A program made the position numbers and the translations under genes. A stretch of 58,781 nt of DNA, the filler included, from Dugesia japonica (Eukaryota): NCBI GenBank assembly GCA_001938525.1. It is 6 parts of 6 records of this genome, joined end to end, with 100 filler letters (N's around TTAATTAATTAA, not from the genome) between each part and the next. Parts side by side here need not be neighbours in the genome. Positions count along the whole stretch, not along the records: positions 41,116 to 50,144 come from MQRL01611665.1; positions 50,245 to 58,781 come from MQRL01606025.1; 4 more parts are not named here. One strand, given 5' to 3'. Shown here piece after piece: positions 41,016 to 52,915 of the stretch. Every line of letters begins with the position of its first letter. Position 1 is the first letter of the stretch. The notes under the pieces were generated by a model. That model did not search any database. It saw nothing but the letters and a program-made list of their open reading frames with translations, and had not been told where the DNA came from.

Positions 41016-41115
41016 NNNNNNNNNNNNNNNNNNNNNNNNNNNNNNNNNNNNNNNNNNNNTTAATTAATTAANNNNNNNNNNNNNNNNNNNNNNNNNNNNN
41101 NNNNNNNNNNNNNNN
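41016..41115. other. Artificial contig spacer
   Basis: N44-TTAATTAATTAA-N44. Confidence 0.97.
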
Positions 41116-41254
41116 TTAAATATTGTAACCAAAATAAATATTATCCATTGTTATTATGGCTAAATCAAAATGTCCAGTTAATAATAATGGTATTAGAAGT
41201 AGCGGAGAAATCCACATCCAGATCAAAATACTTTTCAAATGCATCAAATTAGTT

Positions 41255-41522
41255 TGCCCAAGTGGGTGCAGTTTTTGAGTCAAACATCACCTTCCGATTT
41301 AATGTTCCGTATTCACTAGAGCTAAATCCAATTGAAGAATTTTTCTCAANNGTAAAATCAAAATTTTGTACTGTACGGATGTGTGATCCGGAGAAAAGCA
41401 TTGAAGACGGTCTTAATCAAGTTTTAGTGGTAGGGTGTGACTATTCAATACAATGTCATGGGTTTTATAGAAACATGCGGAAATAGCTTGAAATGGCCGA
41501 GAGAGGGGAAGAATTTATTTAA
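41255..41522 (+). mobile_element. IS630/Tc1-superfamily DDE transposase C-terminal fragment
   Basis: FNVPYSLELNPIEEFFSXVKSK matches the PYSPELNPIE motif. Confidence 0.75.
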
Positions 41523-41627
41523 TAAATTTTGTGTATTGTGAATTTTGTTAAACATGCTAAATTTGTGTTAATGCTGTTTTATTTTACTTAAATATATTTT
41601 ATTCAAAGTAAAAATTTTTGGTCAATG

Positions 41628-41734
41628 TTAATATAAAAATAAATAATGATTAATATAAAAATGAATAATGATTAATATAAAAATGAATAATGATTAATAT
41701 AAAAATGAATAATAATTAATATAAAAATGAATAA
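41628..41734. repeat. 22-bp tandem repeat (TTAATATAAAAATGAATAATGA), ~5 copies
   Basis: Seen directly. Confidence 0.85.
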
Positions 41735-42969
41735 CCCTGTAATTTGTTTGATTTAAATAATTTCCAATATATATTTCGTAATTTGGACATATTTAAAAAC
41801 TAAAAGAATTGTACAAATATTTATTATGATCGACAAAGAGTCGACAACTATTTTTTACCCTTGTTTTACGTTCAAGGTTTGTTTGCTTGTAATATTGTAT
41901 TAAAAAAAATTATTTCTAATCTATCATAAATTATATAAATACCCAAAATTGTAAGAAATCAATTAAACAAGTCAATAAATAATAAATCAATTATATTCAA
42001 TTGAATAAATCTCATTTTTAACAGTAAAAAAAATCTAAAATAAATTAAATATATCAAAATATCAATGAAAAATTACTTGTTTATTGATTATATTTGATAT
42101 TGCAGAAATGTTCTTGCTAGTAGGAATCTGAATCACTTGGATTTCTTTATAATTAAATGCCATTTTCTACATCAGTAGAAAATAGATAAAATACAAACAT
42201 AAAATGAAATAATAAAAACCGTCAACTCATAAAGATGTAATCTATTTTGTACATCTAATATAGACAAAATATTTATTGAATGTCTTGCAAATTTTAGAGA
42301 TTCGGAAATTTCCAATTCAAATATTTTCTTTTTTACCTAATATCAAATACATTTTACATCTCACAATAAATTAAATATTAATTATTTGTTTTGCTAAATA
42401 TCTAAAAAATATATTTATTTATTTTTCAAAGCTGTTTTTATTGACCCGTTAAACTCGTTTTGTTCATATCTGTACATCATGGATTTAAACAAATGGAAAA
42501 TGTTTTACATGATGTGATATTTTGTCCAAATATTTCTTAATATTTCCAAAGCAGATTTTTATTTATTTTTGAAAATAAATAAAAAATAATTTTACACTAT
42601 TTCTTCGATTTAAAAAAAAATTTGATGCAAATGGAAATTGTTTTCAAAAAATAATATTTTAATATTATATTCAAAAATTTAGAATGAGCCCTAGATATCC
42701 CCTCCCTNGAAGATAGAAAGTTCTATATTAAGTGATCCAGAATCCTGCAAATTTGTTTGATAGAAATATTTTACCCTCTCTCTGTGTATGTATGTATGTA
42801 TATACGTGTAATAAACAATCGTTGTTTGCTGTCCTTCGTGGTGATTCTTTTCGAACAGAATGAAAAGTAAACTCTGCATCAATTTAATGATAATAACAAT
42901 TGCCAAATGAAATTTTTAAATAAATTCATAAATAAAAATCAATAAATAACAATTGAAAATCATAATAAA

Positions 42970-45347
42970 TCAAACCATTTCATAAATTTTACAAACTCCA
43001 TTTCCGAAATAACAAACAACAATTGATGAGTATGAAGTTAAAATGTCTACACAACCATCTAATTCTGGTACTCTTTTAGAATCTAGATAATGTGTAGTGA
43101 ATACTTGTCCATCCTAAAATCGATAAATTCCAAATATTCCTCATCCTCAATAAATTAATAAAATTAAACCTCTGTTAGAAATAAACTGAAATTAGTTGGT
43201 AAATTTATACAAGCTTTCATTTTAGAATGAAACGAAAACGAATGAACAAATGTTCTATTCATCACATCATATTTCCAAATCTCTCCATTTTCCAAAGAAA
43301 TATTATAAAATGGATAATTCTTGTGTGCCTTACGGAAACTTGAAATAATATTCGAATTGAATTTTTTCACTTCGATTTTTAACTGCATAAATTAATTAAT
43401 TCTCACTAAAAATCGAATAAACTAAACAACATCACTGGATCTAACAAATTCGTTTTCACAAACCAGATAGCGCTCGTTTTCAATGTTCAAGTATTGCAGG
43501 ATATTTTTAGAATTTCCAGTGTAAAATTTTGACCATAAATTTTTCTAGATTAATTATAAATAAGATTAATTATAAATTGATTTTTCTTCAGAATATTTAA
43601 TTTTACAAAATTAACATTACACATCCAGAAAATGGTAGACTTGTCAAAGTATCGATTAACAATTACTGTAAAAAGAAATTCATAATTTCTTTTTTGGAAT
43701 TTATCAATTTTTAATTAAAGTTTGTTGTCAAATAAATAGTTAAGAACAAAAATATTTTCCTGGAAAACCTTAATAAATGGATTTCTCTTGACAATATTAC
43801 ATATTTGTTTAGATTATGCAATCGAACCTCTCTAACCTGACACTTTTCACTTGTACTTTGGGATTGGCGAATTTAATGTGTGTTTACTTATTAATAGCTA
43901 CTCAGAATTGAAGATTTATAAAGAACGCATTTTATTAGAATCAATTTGAAAAGTTATCAACATTAATATAAAAAATCAACATCAGCATAATAAATTAAAT
44001 AACAAAATCTCAAAAATAAATTTCTACCTTCTTATTATATATTAAAAGCACTCCATTCGCACAACAAACGTTAAAGAATTCCTGTATATTATCCATATAT
44101 ACCACGGTTTCTTTTTTTAATTTAAGCATCAATTTCGGTGAATAATTTCTACAGCACACGTGATTAACACAAAATAATTAATCCAATCAGCATTTATACT
44201 TGATAAAATATTCATCTTTAAATATATCAGTTTTACTAAATTTAATAAAAGAATAATATAAATTGAATAATCCAATACTTTTTTGGTATTTTTATATGTA
44301 ATTTAGTCATTAAAATTTTTCTATTCGAGATTTCGGTAATTTGGCATTGATTGAAATTTTCGTTTCTAAACCGTAAAACTAAAATAAACATTATATTTGA
44401 AATTTACTTGATCAGTTGATTGTTGTCATTTTTTGAAGATAATTCAGGATTGGTTTTAATCGGTTCATCATTACAATTGGTCTGCATTTTCAAATCATGT
44501 GGACTTCTATCGTTCATATAACTAAGAAATTGTTTCAAATTATTATTCACTTGCTTCTTATTATCAATTATATTTTGTTCGATTTTTCTATGGTTATCCA
44601 AATCATTTTGATTCGTATTTTTACAATCATCATTTTTCGTATCAATATTTAATAAAGAATTATTAAAAATTAATAATCTTTCATTCGTTGTAGATAATTC
44701 AGGATTGATTTTGATTGGTTCATCATTACAATTGGTCTGCATTTTCAAATCTGTTTGACTTCCATCGTTCAAATAACTAAGAAATTGTTTCAAATTATTA
44801 TTTATAGGGTTATCCATTTTAATTATATTTTGATCATAATAATCAATTTTTCTACATTTATCCAAATAATTTTCTTTTGTATTAGTATAACAATCATTTC
44901 TTGTATCAATATTTACAGATTTAATTTGTACAAAGCTGTCATCTTTGTCTTGATTATCATAAACATTTCTTTCACATCCTTCATCATCACTATTNNNNNN
45001 NNNNNNNNNNNNNNNNNNNNNNNNNNNNNNNNNNNNNNNNNNNNNNNNNNNNNNNNNNNNNNNNNNNNNNNNNNNNNNNNNNNNNNNNNNNNNNNNNNNN
45101 NNNNNNNNNNNNNNNNNNNNNNNNNNNNNNNNNNNNNNNNNNNNNNNNNNNNNNNNNNNNNNNNNNNNNNNNNNNNNNNNNNNNNNNNNNNNNNNNNNNN
45201 NNNNNNNNNNNNNNNNNNNNNNNNNNNNNNNNNNNNNNNNNNNNNNNNTATTTGAAAATTAATTTTGTCTTTAATTTTTGAATTTTTTTCATTTGCTTCT
45301 TTTATTAAATTTAATAATGAGTAAAATTTGACATTTCCAGTTTCCAT
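42970..45347 (-). CDS. Unidentified multi-exon gene: N/D/K-rich N-terminus with an internal repeat and a beta-strand-rich (WD40-like) C-terminus
   Basis: Exons join in frame across 42-60 nt GT-AG introns: METGNVKF...NQLIK|NENFNQCQ...IPK|KTDIFKDEYFI|KNYSPKL...VCCANGVLLIYNKK and KNLWSKF...RSSD|LKIEVKK...SLENGEIWKYDV...LTE|DGQVFT...CYFGNGVCKIYEMV*. One junction (43670-44027) is unresolved. Confidence 0.7.
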
Positions 45348-46009
45348 AATTAATGCTAATATAAATCAATATTTTAACAAATTTAAATCAATTTAATTAC
45401 AAAATTTGAGACAAATTTTAATAAAATATTTAAACTATTACAAATAATTTGAATAGAAAATGAAAAGTATTGGAAAATTAATTCTTCAATAAATATTTTT
45501 GATTTCAAAAATAGGGAACTATACAAAAAGATAAGTTAAATCTTTTGAATGATTTTACAATAAATAAAACATTTTCTATTTATAAATATAATTTAAATTT
45601 AATTATTTTATCACATTTTTTTATTTTAAATCATCAACTGAAATTTTCAAACTAATTATTTTTTAAAGAATTATCGACACTTTATTTTAAAATTTAACAA
45701 AAAGCTATAATTAATATTTTGAATATTAATATTTCAATTTCCAATGAAAACATGATATTCATACAAAATAAATTATTATGGTCATTTTAATAATAATTTT
45801 TGCTTTTGACAATAAGGTTAAATTAAATTTTAATATTAAATTTTGGTTGTATTGTAAAAATTTACAGTTAATAATTTTCAATAAATAATTATTAGTAATT
45901 AGTTATTTTAATTTCAAATTTATAAAACGATTTAAATTGCAAAATGAATTTTAAGTATTAAAAGTTTTAAATTATTTAAATATTTTTAATCCGTTATTAC
46001 ATTATGTTT

Positions 46010-46400
46010 GAAAGAAAGATTACATTGCGCGAATAACAGATCATTGGAGACAATCGGAAAGATTCGTATTTTCAAGGGTGTGTAAGAAAGTAATATTTAT
46101 AATGGTAGAGAAATTAATATCAGATCTAATTGGTAGAGTGGAATTTCAGAATCTTTTTGGGTATTATCTGAAAAAAGTTGCATGGTAGACACCAATAATC
46201 AACGAGAGAAGTTCGTTTCCAATATCGAGGCCAAATTTTTAAGACAGATACGGACGGTCGAACGATTGAAACATGCGATAGAGATTCTAGAAATTAACAA
46301 GGATCATAAATTGACTGCGATTATTCGGAATAACAATATTGTATTCATGGCAGACAAATGGGACATTGTATGCACTCTTTTAACGATGCCTTGAATAATC
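46010..46400 (+). mobile_element. Ty3/gypsy pol fragment (end of protease to start of RT)
   Basis: SDLIGRVEF...NIEAKF...VFMADKWD, the same family as 48380-48620. Confidence 0.7.
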
Positions 46401-46405
46401 ACTAA

Positions 46406-46800
46406 AGTAGAAGGATAGAAGAACTCCTCATCAAAGTGTGTGCGAACCCTCCCCAATCATTTAGTGATGTAACAAAACTTGATTTTAATTCATTTAGTTG
46501 AGAATTTGAAAATTACGTCATAAATAACATCATTAGGTATTATTACTTAATTTGGTGATATTTTTACCTGTGTATTTAGTTGGGAAATTTTTTTTCACAC
46601 AAATTATGTCATTAAATTAATTTAATCGGTGCAATTTTATGTAATAGGATTAACTGGGGGTAATTTTTTCTAAGTATTTAGTTTGGAAATTTTTTTAGGC
46701 TTATTAAGCGGTAATTTAGTCTAATTTTTTCGACTGTATTTAGTGAAGAAATTTTTTATGGGAATAATTATAGGAATCCAGGCAAACCGTTCGTGTTGTT
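46406..46800 (+). mobile_element. Polinton-like terminus, copy 2
   Basis: Starts AGTAGAAGGATAG...CCCTCCCC. Inner blocks (GTGTATTTAG, TGGGAAATTTTT, AGGCTTATTAAGC, GAATCCAGG) are shared with 49129-49870. Confidence 0.5.
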
Positions 46801-46920
46801 TAAATAATATGAATGAGGAAATGATTATTAATTACTAATCTCATCCAATAGAAATTGAGATTATCTGAATATTAATATTGAAATTCTTGTATTTCAATAT
46901 TATTTACCTTATAAAACATG

Positions 46921-49128
46921 TGTTGTAGTAGTAAAATAAATAATATATATAAATATTAATTATGATTTGCAAAATGAATTACCAATTGAAGATTTACCTA
47001 ACATGGTGGCAACGGTAAATACCGATTCTATTGCTAAGAGGTTATCACCAAGATGTTCTGCAGAGGAGATGATATTGAGAAACTCATCAAGTGCAAAGAA
47101 ACTTAGCAGTGCAAAGTGAATTTTGAAGCTAAAACCAGAACCCAGATGAAACAAGAGGAGAGATTATTCTCTTGTTTGCTAGATGAAGATTTGTTGGAAG
47201 AATATGTAAAGAAGTTGAAAAAATTAAAGGTTTTCAGGCTCGTTTTCGTATGGCATTTGAGAAAGAGAAAGATGCTGTCAAAGACTTTCAAATTTTGATT
47301 AACTACAGGCGTGGAAATGAAGAGATTCAAGTTTATTTATAAAATGTAAAAGATTTAGTAAAAAGATTATTTACAAATAAAGGTTTTACTAAGAAAAAAA
47401 TGGTTGCAAAGATGCTAGTATATTGTTCGGATAACAAAAAAGTTGAAGAAGAACTGACGTTGAGGAAACGAGAATGTAGAAGAAATTGAAGAAACGATGA
47501 CGTTAGTAGATCGAGTAGAGAAAAACAGAGATCGAGTTGATGCAGTTAGAAGTTACGCGAGAGTTACCAATCGAAATTATCAGAAACCGGTAAACCATAG
47601 AGTGATTAGACATGTAGAGCAAAGAAAGAAAAAACAAAATATCGAATGATTGTTATGTCATAAGATCGTTCATACTAAAGCAAATTGTTCTATCAAAAAA
47701 GTGGTAGAGTACGGGAGTTGTCATAAAACAGGACATATAAGCCGAGATTGTCCAAATTAAAAACCAACAAAATGTTTTGGTTGTGTAAAAGTTGGTCATA
47801 TTAGAAGGTTATGTCAAGAAGTGAGGTGTAAACGATGTGGTAATGGTGGACATCAAACTGAAGAGTGCTTGAAAATGAAAAAAACAACTGAGAAATTTAT
47901 GACTGCAGAAAGATCAAGAAACTGGTATAATCGAGTACATGCGATTGAAGATGAAGATGTCGGTTTGAGGAAGTATATGAAAGTAATTCCAAAAGCAGTA
48001 CCCAAAAGGCAGGGCTCCACCAGTAGAGGAGTTGGTTGGAGCCATCCATTGTTAAATGAAGTAAGTAATTATCCTCAAGGGACCGAAAAGTAGGATGACA
48101 GCAGAAAAGAAAACAAATATTTTGTACCATAAATTCCAAGGCAGACCAAGTGTTACGGCATCAATTCAAGGAAATAAAGTAAAATGTTTATTAGATCCAG
48201 GGGCTAGAATTATTGTGATGATTTCGAGCTGTTTTAATAAATTACGAGAAGTAAATTTAGAAATGAGTAATGAAAGATTGTGTTGTGCAAATAATAGTAC
48301 ACCTGTAATTGTTACGAAAGTTAGAATCGGAGTGATAATTGATGAAGTTTGCAAAGAGATTTCATTCTTAGTTGCTGATAAAGTAACACCAGATCTGATA
48401 GTAGGAAGATAAATGCAGAAGATTTTTGGATATCAGCAGAAGGTGGATAGCAAAATGGAGGGAAAAGTTTAAAATTACATTGAAGCGAAATTTGGAGACA
48501 AATTGAAAAAGGAGAACGATNNNNNNNNNNNNNNNNNNNNNNNNNNNNNNNNNNNNNNNNNNNNNNNNNNNNNNNNNNNNNNNNNNNNNNNNNNNNTTTA
48601 ATGGCAGATAAATGGGATTTAGGACAAACACATCTGATAAGACACAAAATAATCACAAGTGGTGAACTAATCAATGTAAAAACGTATAGACAACAATTGG
48701 GCTTAGAATATAAAATTGAAGAAGCTATACAAAACCTTTTCGAAAATAAAATTATCCGGAAATGCAACTCACCATGGAATACTCCACTGATTTACGTATG
48801 GAAAAAGGAAAAGAAAGACATAAGAATATGTTTAGATTTCAGACAATTGAATGCAGTAACAAAAAGAAAGGCTTTTTCGATGCCTAATGTCAATGAAATG
48901 CTGGACATTTAGATGGAGCGAAATATTCCAGTTCAATAGATTTGGGAAATGCATATTCTATCGGGTAGAGCTCGAAGAAGAATCTTATGAAAAAACGACG
49001 TTTTCAATGAAACACGGACAATATTGTTTTAGGAGAAAGCCATTGCAGCCGCATCAGATACATTTCAGGAGATGATGACAAAAGTGGTTGGTTGAATCAA
49101 TGGAGCCATGGCTTATCTTGATGAAATT
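46921..49128 (+). mobile_element. Ty3/gypsy element 5' part (short LTR, PBS, gag with four CCHC knuckles, protease, RT up to YLD)
   Basis: ...AACA|TGGTGGCAACGGT (PBS). Knuckles CHKIVHTKANC, CHKTGHISRDC, CFGCVKVGHIRRLC, CKRCGNGGHQTEEC. Protease CLLDPGA. RT SPWNTPL...IRICLDFRQLN...AMAYLDEI. A WTGP integrase tail reappears at ~50100. Confidence 0.93.
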
Positions 49129-49990
49129 AGTAGTAGGAAAGTAGCGCACTGAATCACTCTCCCTCCCGCCGTTGATGTAATTGGATTAATATATAAGTGA
49201 TCTACTATTTTTCTAAAGTAAATAAGCGGTGGCACACATTTGTGTGCATTACGTAATGTAATTAATCTCGTCGCGAGATTATTAAGTAGGTGATCCATAA
49301 TTTTTATGTGTATTTAGGCGAGAGCAAAATTTATGTGTGCAAGATTATTACATAAGTGATCCAATATTTTTTATTTTTAATGTGTTGGGAAAATTTTTAT
49401 AGGCTTTTTAAGCAGCAGAATTTTTCATGAGTATTTTTTTCGGTGAGGTCGAATGTGGTCAATTTTTGGCTGGTTTCGGTGAATTTAATAGGAAGTTTTT
49501 TCGGTTAGGTCGAATATGGTCAATTTTTGGTTGTTCCAGATGAATTCTGTCAAATATTTCCTCGGGATTGCTTAGTTTAGGTATTTTTTTGGGTGATTGG
49601 ATCAAATGTGGTAAAGTTTTCACAGTTTTAGGTGAAATTGGTCTAATTTTTCATCGGGATTGGTTAGTTTAGGTGATTTTTGGGCGTTTTGGTCAATTAT
49701 TTTCTCGAGTTTGATCAATTTGGGTTGAAGTTTTACGGAAATTCATATAAAAAGTCGAATTTGTAAAATTATTTTAAACTTTTATGGTAATGTGGTGAAA
49801 TTAGGTCATTTTTGTCAAAATTTTAAAATTTTTAAATCAAATATTTTTGAGAATCCAGGAAAACATCCGAAATTTTGAAAATTTTTGAAAAAAATTTTAT
49901 TGAGATTTTTTATCAATCGATGGAGAATTCGATGGAGATTATTTTTCACAAATAAAAATTTTTCGAAAAAATTATTTCTCAGCTTTACAT
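49129..49990 (+). mobile_element. Polinton-like terminus, copy 3, abutting the RT active-site motif
   Basis: Starts AGTAGTAGGAAAGTAGCGCACTGAATCACTCTCCCTCCC, which aligns with the reverse complement of 15943-15905. ~60-bp subterminal repeats at 49437-49720. Confidence 0.55.
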
Positions 49991-50144
49991 AAAATAATCA
50001 TATTTATTAGATATGTTGGGCTGGAACACCAGAATTAAGCGAGGTATTACAGAATAGAGAGTGAGGAAACAAAAAAATTGACAAAGAATAGGCCGGATTT
50101 GATGGACTGGACCAGCTATATTATTAAGAGAATAGTTATAATTA

Positions 50145-50244
50145 NNNNNNNNNNNNNNNNNNNNNNNNNNNNNNNNNNNNNNNNNNNNTTAATTAATTAA
50201 NNNNNNNNNNNNNNNNNNNNNNNNNNNNNNNNNNNNNNNNNNNN
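50145..50244. other. Artificial contig spacer
   Basis: N44-TTAATTAATTAA-N44. Confidence 0.97.
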
Positions 50245-50329
50245 TTTTTATTTGAAACAACTATATTTCAATTATCGTAGTATTCTTTTATTTTCTACTC
50301 TTATTACACTTTGAGAAAACATTTAACAG

Positions 50330-50620
50330 TTTAAAATATCATTTACAACCGAATTTTCAAAAGAATTTCAAGGAAGAATGTGCTTATTTCTTGGAACAGT
50401 TTTGAGGTTATCTTCAGCCTTAATACCTTTAGGATGTTTTGTTTCATAAAGCCTATTTAAATTACTGGTTCTAGTTTTTTGTAAATCAAATTTATATATT
50501 TGATTACAAATTTAGCAGATTGCTTTTCCAAGATTAAAATCCTTTTAAAAAACAATTGAACAATTCGGAAGTTAAATGTAATATTGTATCTTGTTCGGTA
50601 ATTTTTTGTTTGTCCATTTT
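50330..50620 (-). mobile_element. hAT BED zinc-finger remnant
   Basis: KAIC*ICNQIYKF...TSNLNRLYETKHP. Confidence 0.6.
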
Positions 50621-51189
50621 GAAAGAAAAAGAAATCAAATTATTCGAAATGAATTATTTATTGAAATATTAAAACAAATTGTTTAATCTTAGAGACAAGT
50701 ATAATTATATACTGAAATATGAATTATACCGCTACTAATCCGAAAATTTGGGTCACAAAATGTTGAAATGGGTTAGGGTTTTAAAGTACGGATTACTATA
50801 GCTTTGGATTGGATTCAAGTTTATCCATAAAAATTTATTAAAATCAAAAAGATAATTAAATAACAACTATCATTTAAACAAATTTACCCTTACTATTTTT
50901 TATCTATTTTTTTTAGTTTTTCTTTTCATTTTTTTAACTTTAAAACCATTTATAAATAATTAGATTAAACAAATTGTAAACATTTATAGCTTTCCTTACA
51001 ATATTAAAATAAAATCTATCAACCGAAGACTAATTTTCGGTTAATTTAACTAGTTTTTAGAGCAAAATATTATTTGTTTTCTAATATTAAGTTAAGTTTT
51101 TTTTAATCTTCAACTTTAAATTAAAAGTTTTCAGCTTAAACAAAATTTTAAAAATCAAAATAAAACCATTACAAGTTTCTCTCAACAAG

Positions 51190-51990
51190 TTACAAGTTTA
51201 TTTATCCCAATAGAATAGAAATGCAAAAAAATCTTCGAAGGCATTAATGACAGCATCTCGGTTTTTGAATGTTTTCACATCCATGCAATTGTCCAAATAT
51301 TTGAAAAAATTGTAATCAGTAGGCGATAGATCTGATGAGTATGCAGTATAAATTGTGAGATGTGTCGACATGGAAAAGTAGTAGCTTCTTTCTGATGTCA
51401 AGGGCCAGATAGCTCGCTTCAATTTCTGGTTCAGTTCATCAATTTGATCACAATACTCTTCTGCCGTAATGATTTTACCGGAATTCAAAAGGCTGTAGAA
51501 GGCTCTCAAATAGTCACCAAAACCTTCCGTTAGCGTTGCTTTCACTTAGGAAAATGTTTAAAGCTTCATTAAGCAGAACGACAACGGTTATCGTACAGTA
51601 TTCACTTCTCATCACACGTCATAATTCGATAACGGTTTTTTGTGGCGCGAAAGAAATGCTGACTATAAAGGACAATATCTTTGAATTTATGTCAATTTTT
51701 GAGGTATCCATTAGTTGAGCTTTTTTGATTTCCAGATTTCTTGCAAATGATTAAAAACGCCTAGTTTCCAAGCAAGTTCCCGAAATTTTGTATGCAAATC
51801 AGTCGTAACTAACTCCTTAAATTGATCATCTTCAAAACCTTCATCTCAAGTCTTAAATATCCGAAACCAACACTCTTTGCTAAATATATGAGTGATATTT
51901 TGAGTACCTTTAAAGGTTTGATTATATTTCTTGCCTCTTATAAACTCAAATTATAATAATCTGTTTATTTTACATTTTTTTTTATAAATG
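51190..51990 (-). mobile_element. Degenerate mariner
   Basis: ITAEEYCDQIDELNQKL, AYSSDLSPTDYNFFKYLDN, RIMTCDEK and WFRIFK. Confidence 0.85.
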
Positions 51991-52499
51991 CTAGAAACGA
52001 TTTTCAATAATTAACTTAAATAAGTTTTTTATTATATTACTTTAATCAAAAAACGCCTTCAAAATTATGACTTTAGAATAAAACAAAATTTTATTTAAAA
52101 AACCATAATGGAAAACAAAAATTTCTTAAACAATCATTTTTTTCTTTACAACATAATATTAACAAAATATTTTTGAATAAATAATATTAAGGACCTTTGT
52201 TTGAAAAGTTTCTCTATTTTTTTTAATTTTAAAATTTTTAAGATAAATCTGAATTCAACTTAACTTAAAAATTATAGCAGGAAAAGGTATATATAATATT
52301 TCTAATGTGTGCGATACTATTAATTTTTACACAACATATCTTCTGCACTCAGTTTTGTGTATAATTTATACCAAATGTAATTTTTAAAGAAATATTTAGC
52401 GAATTGTTAGAAACAATTAATAACTGTTATGAAATTTGTTGTATATTGACTTCACTAGTAAGATTTGATTGGATGGAAGAGTAAGTAATGCGAGTTAAT

Positions 52500-52915
52500 T
52501 TTTTTTATCAGTAATTAATAACGCTTTGNCGTTGTTAATTTAAAAGACCACAATGTGTGGGAGATTTAAAAATTTAGATTTGAAGACGCTTCCAGTACTG
52601 AAAGTTCGTCAGTAAACTGAATGTTTTGCATAGTTATGTCTTATTCTAGTTTTGTTAAGTGTTCATTTTTGGGTTTTTACTTGGTAATTAATCTAATTGG
52701 GGTTTTATTAATCACCTAATAGTAACACCATTAATTTCAGAGTAAACTATTTATTAAAAGCTAACCTTGGTAGTAAGAATGAGTGAGGAAGAAGGTTAAA
52801 GTGTAAATTTAGAAGTGTATGATTTTCTGATATTAATTGTTATTATTGTTGTGGAGCTATTATTATCATTCCCAATACAATTTCTTGCGGTTATTATTAT
52901 TACTATTTCAATTGA
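52500..52915 (-). mobile_element. Possible non-LTR retrotransposon APE endonuclease remnant
   Basis: VLLLGD**NP (GDFN-like) and PHIVVF (SDH-like) occur in the expected order; very degenerate. Confidence 0.3.

Noticed and set aside
50768-50782. GGGTTAGGGTT telomere-like motif
   Set aside because: Fewer than two full units; compatible with chance.
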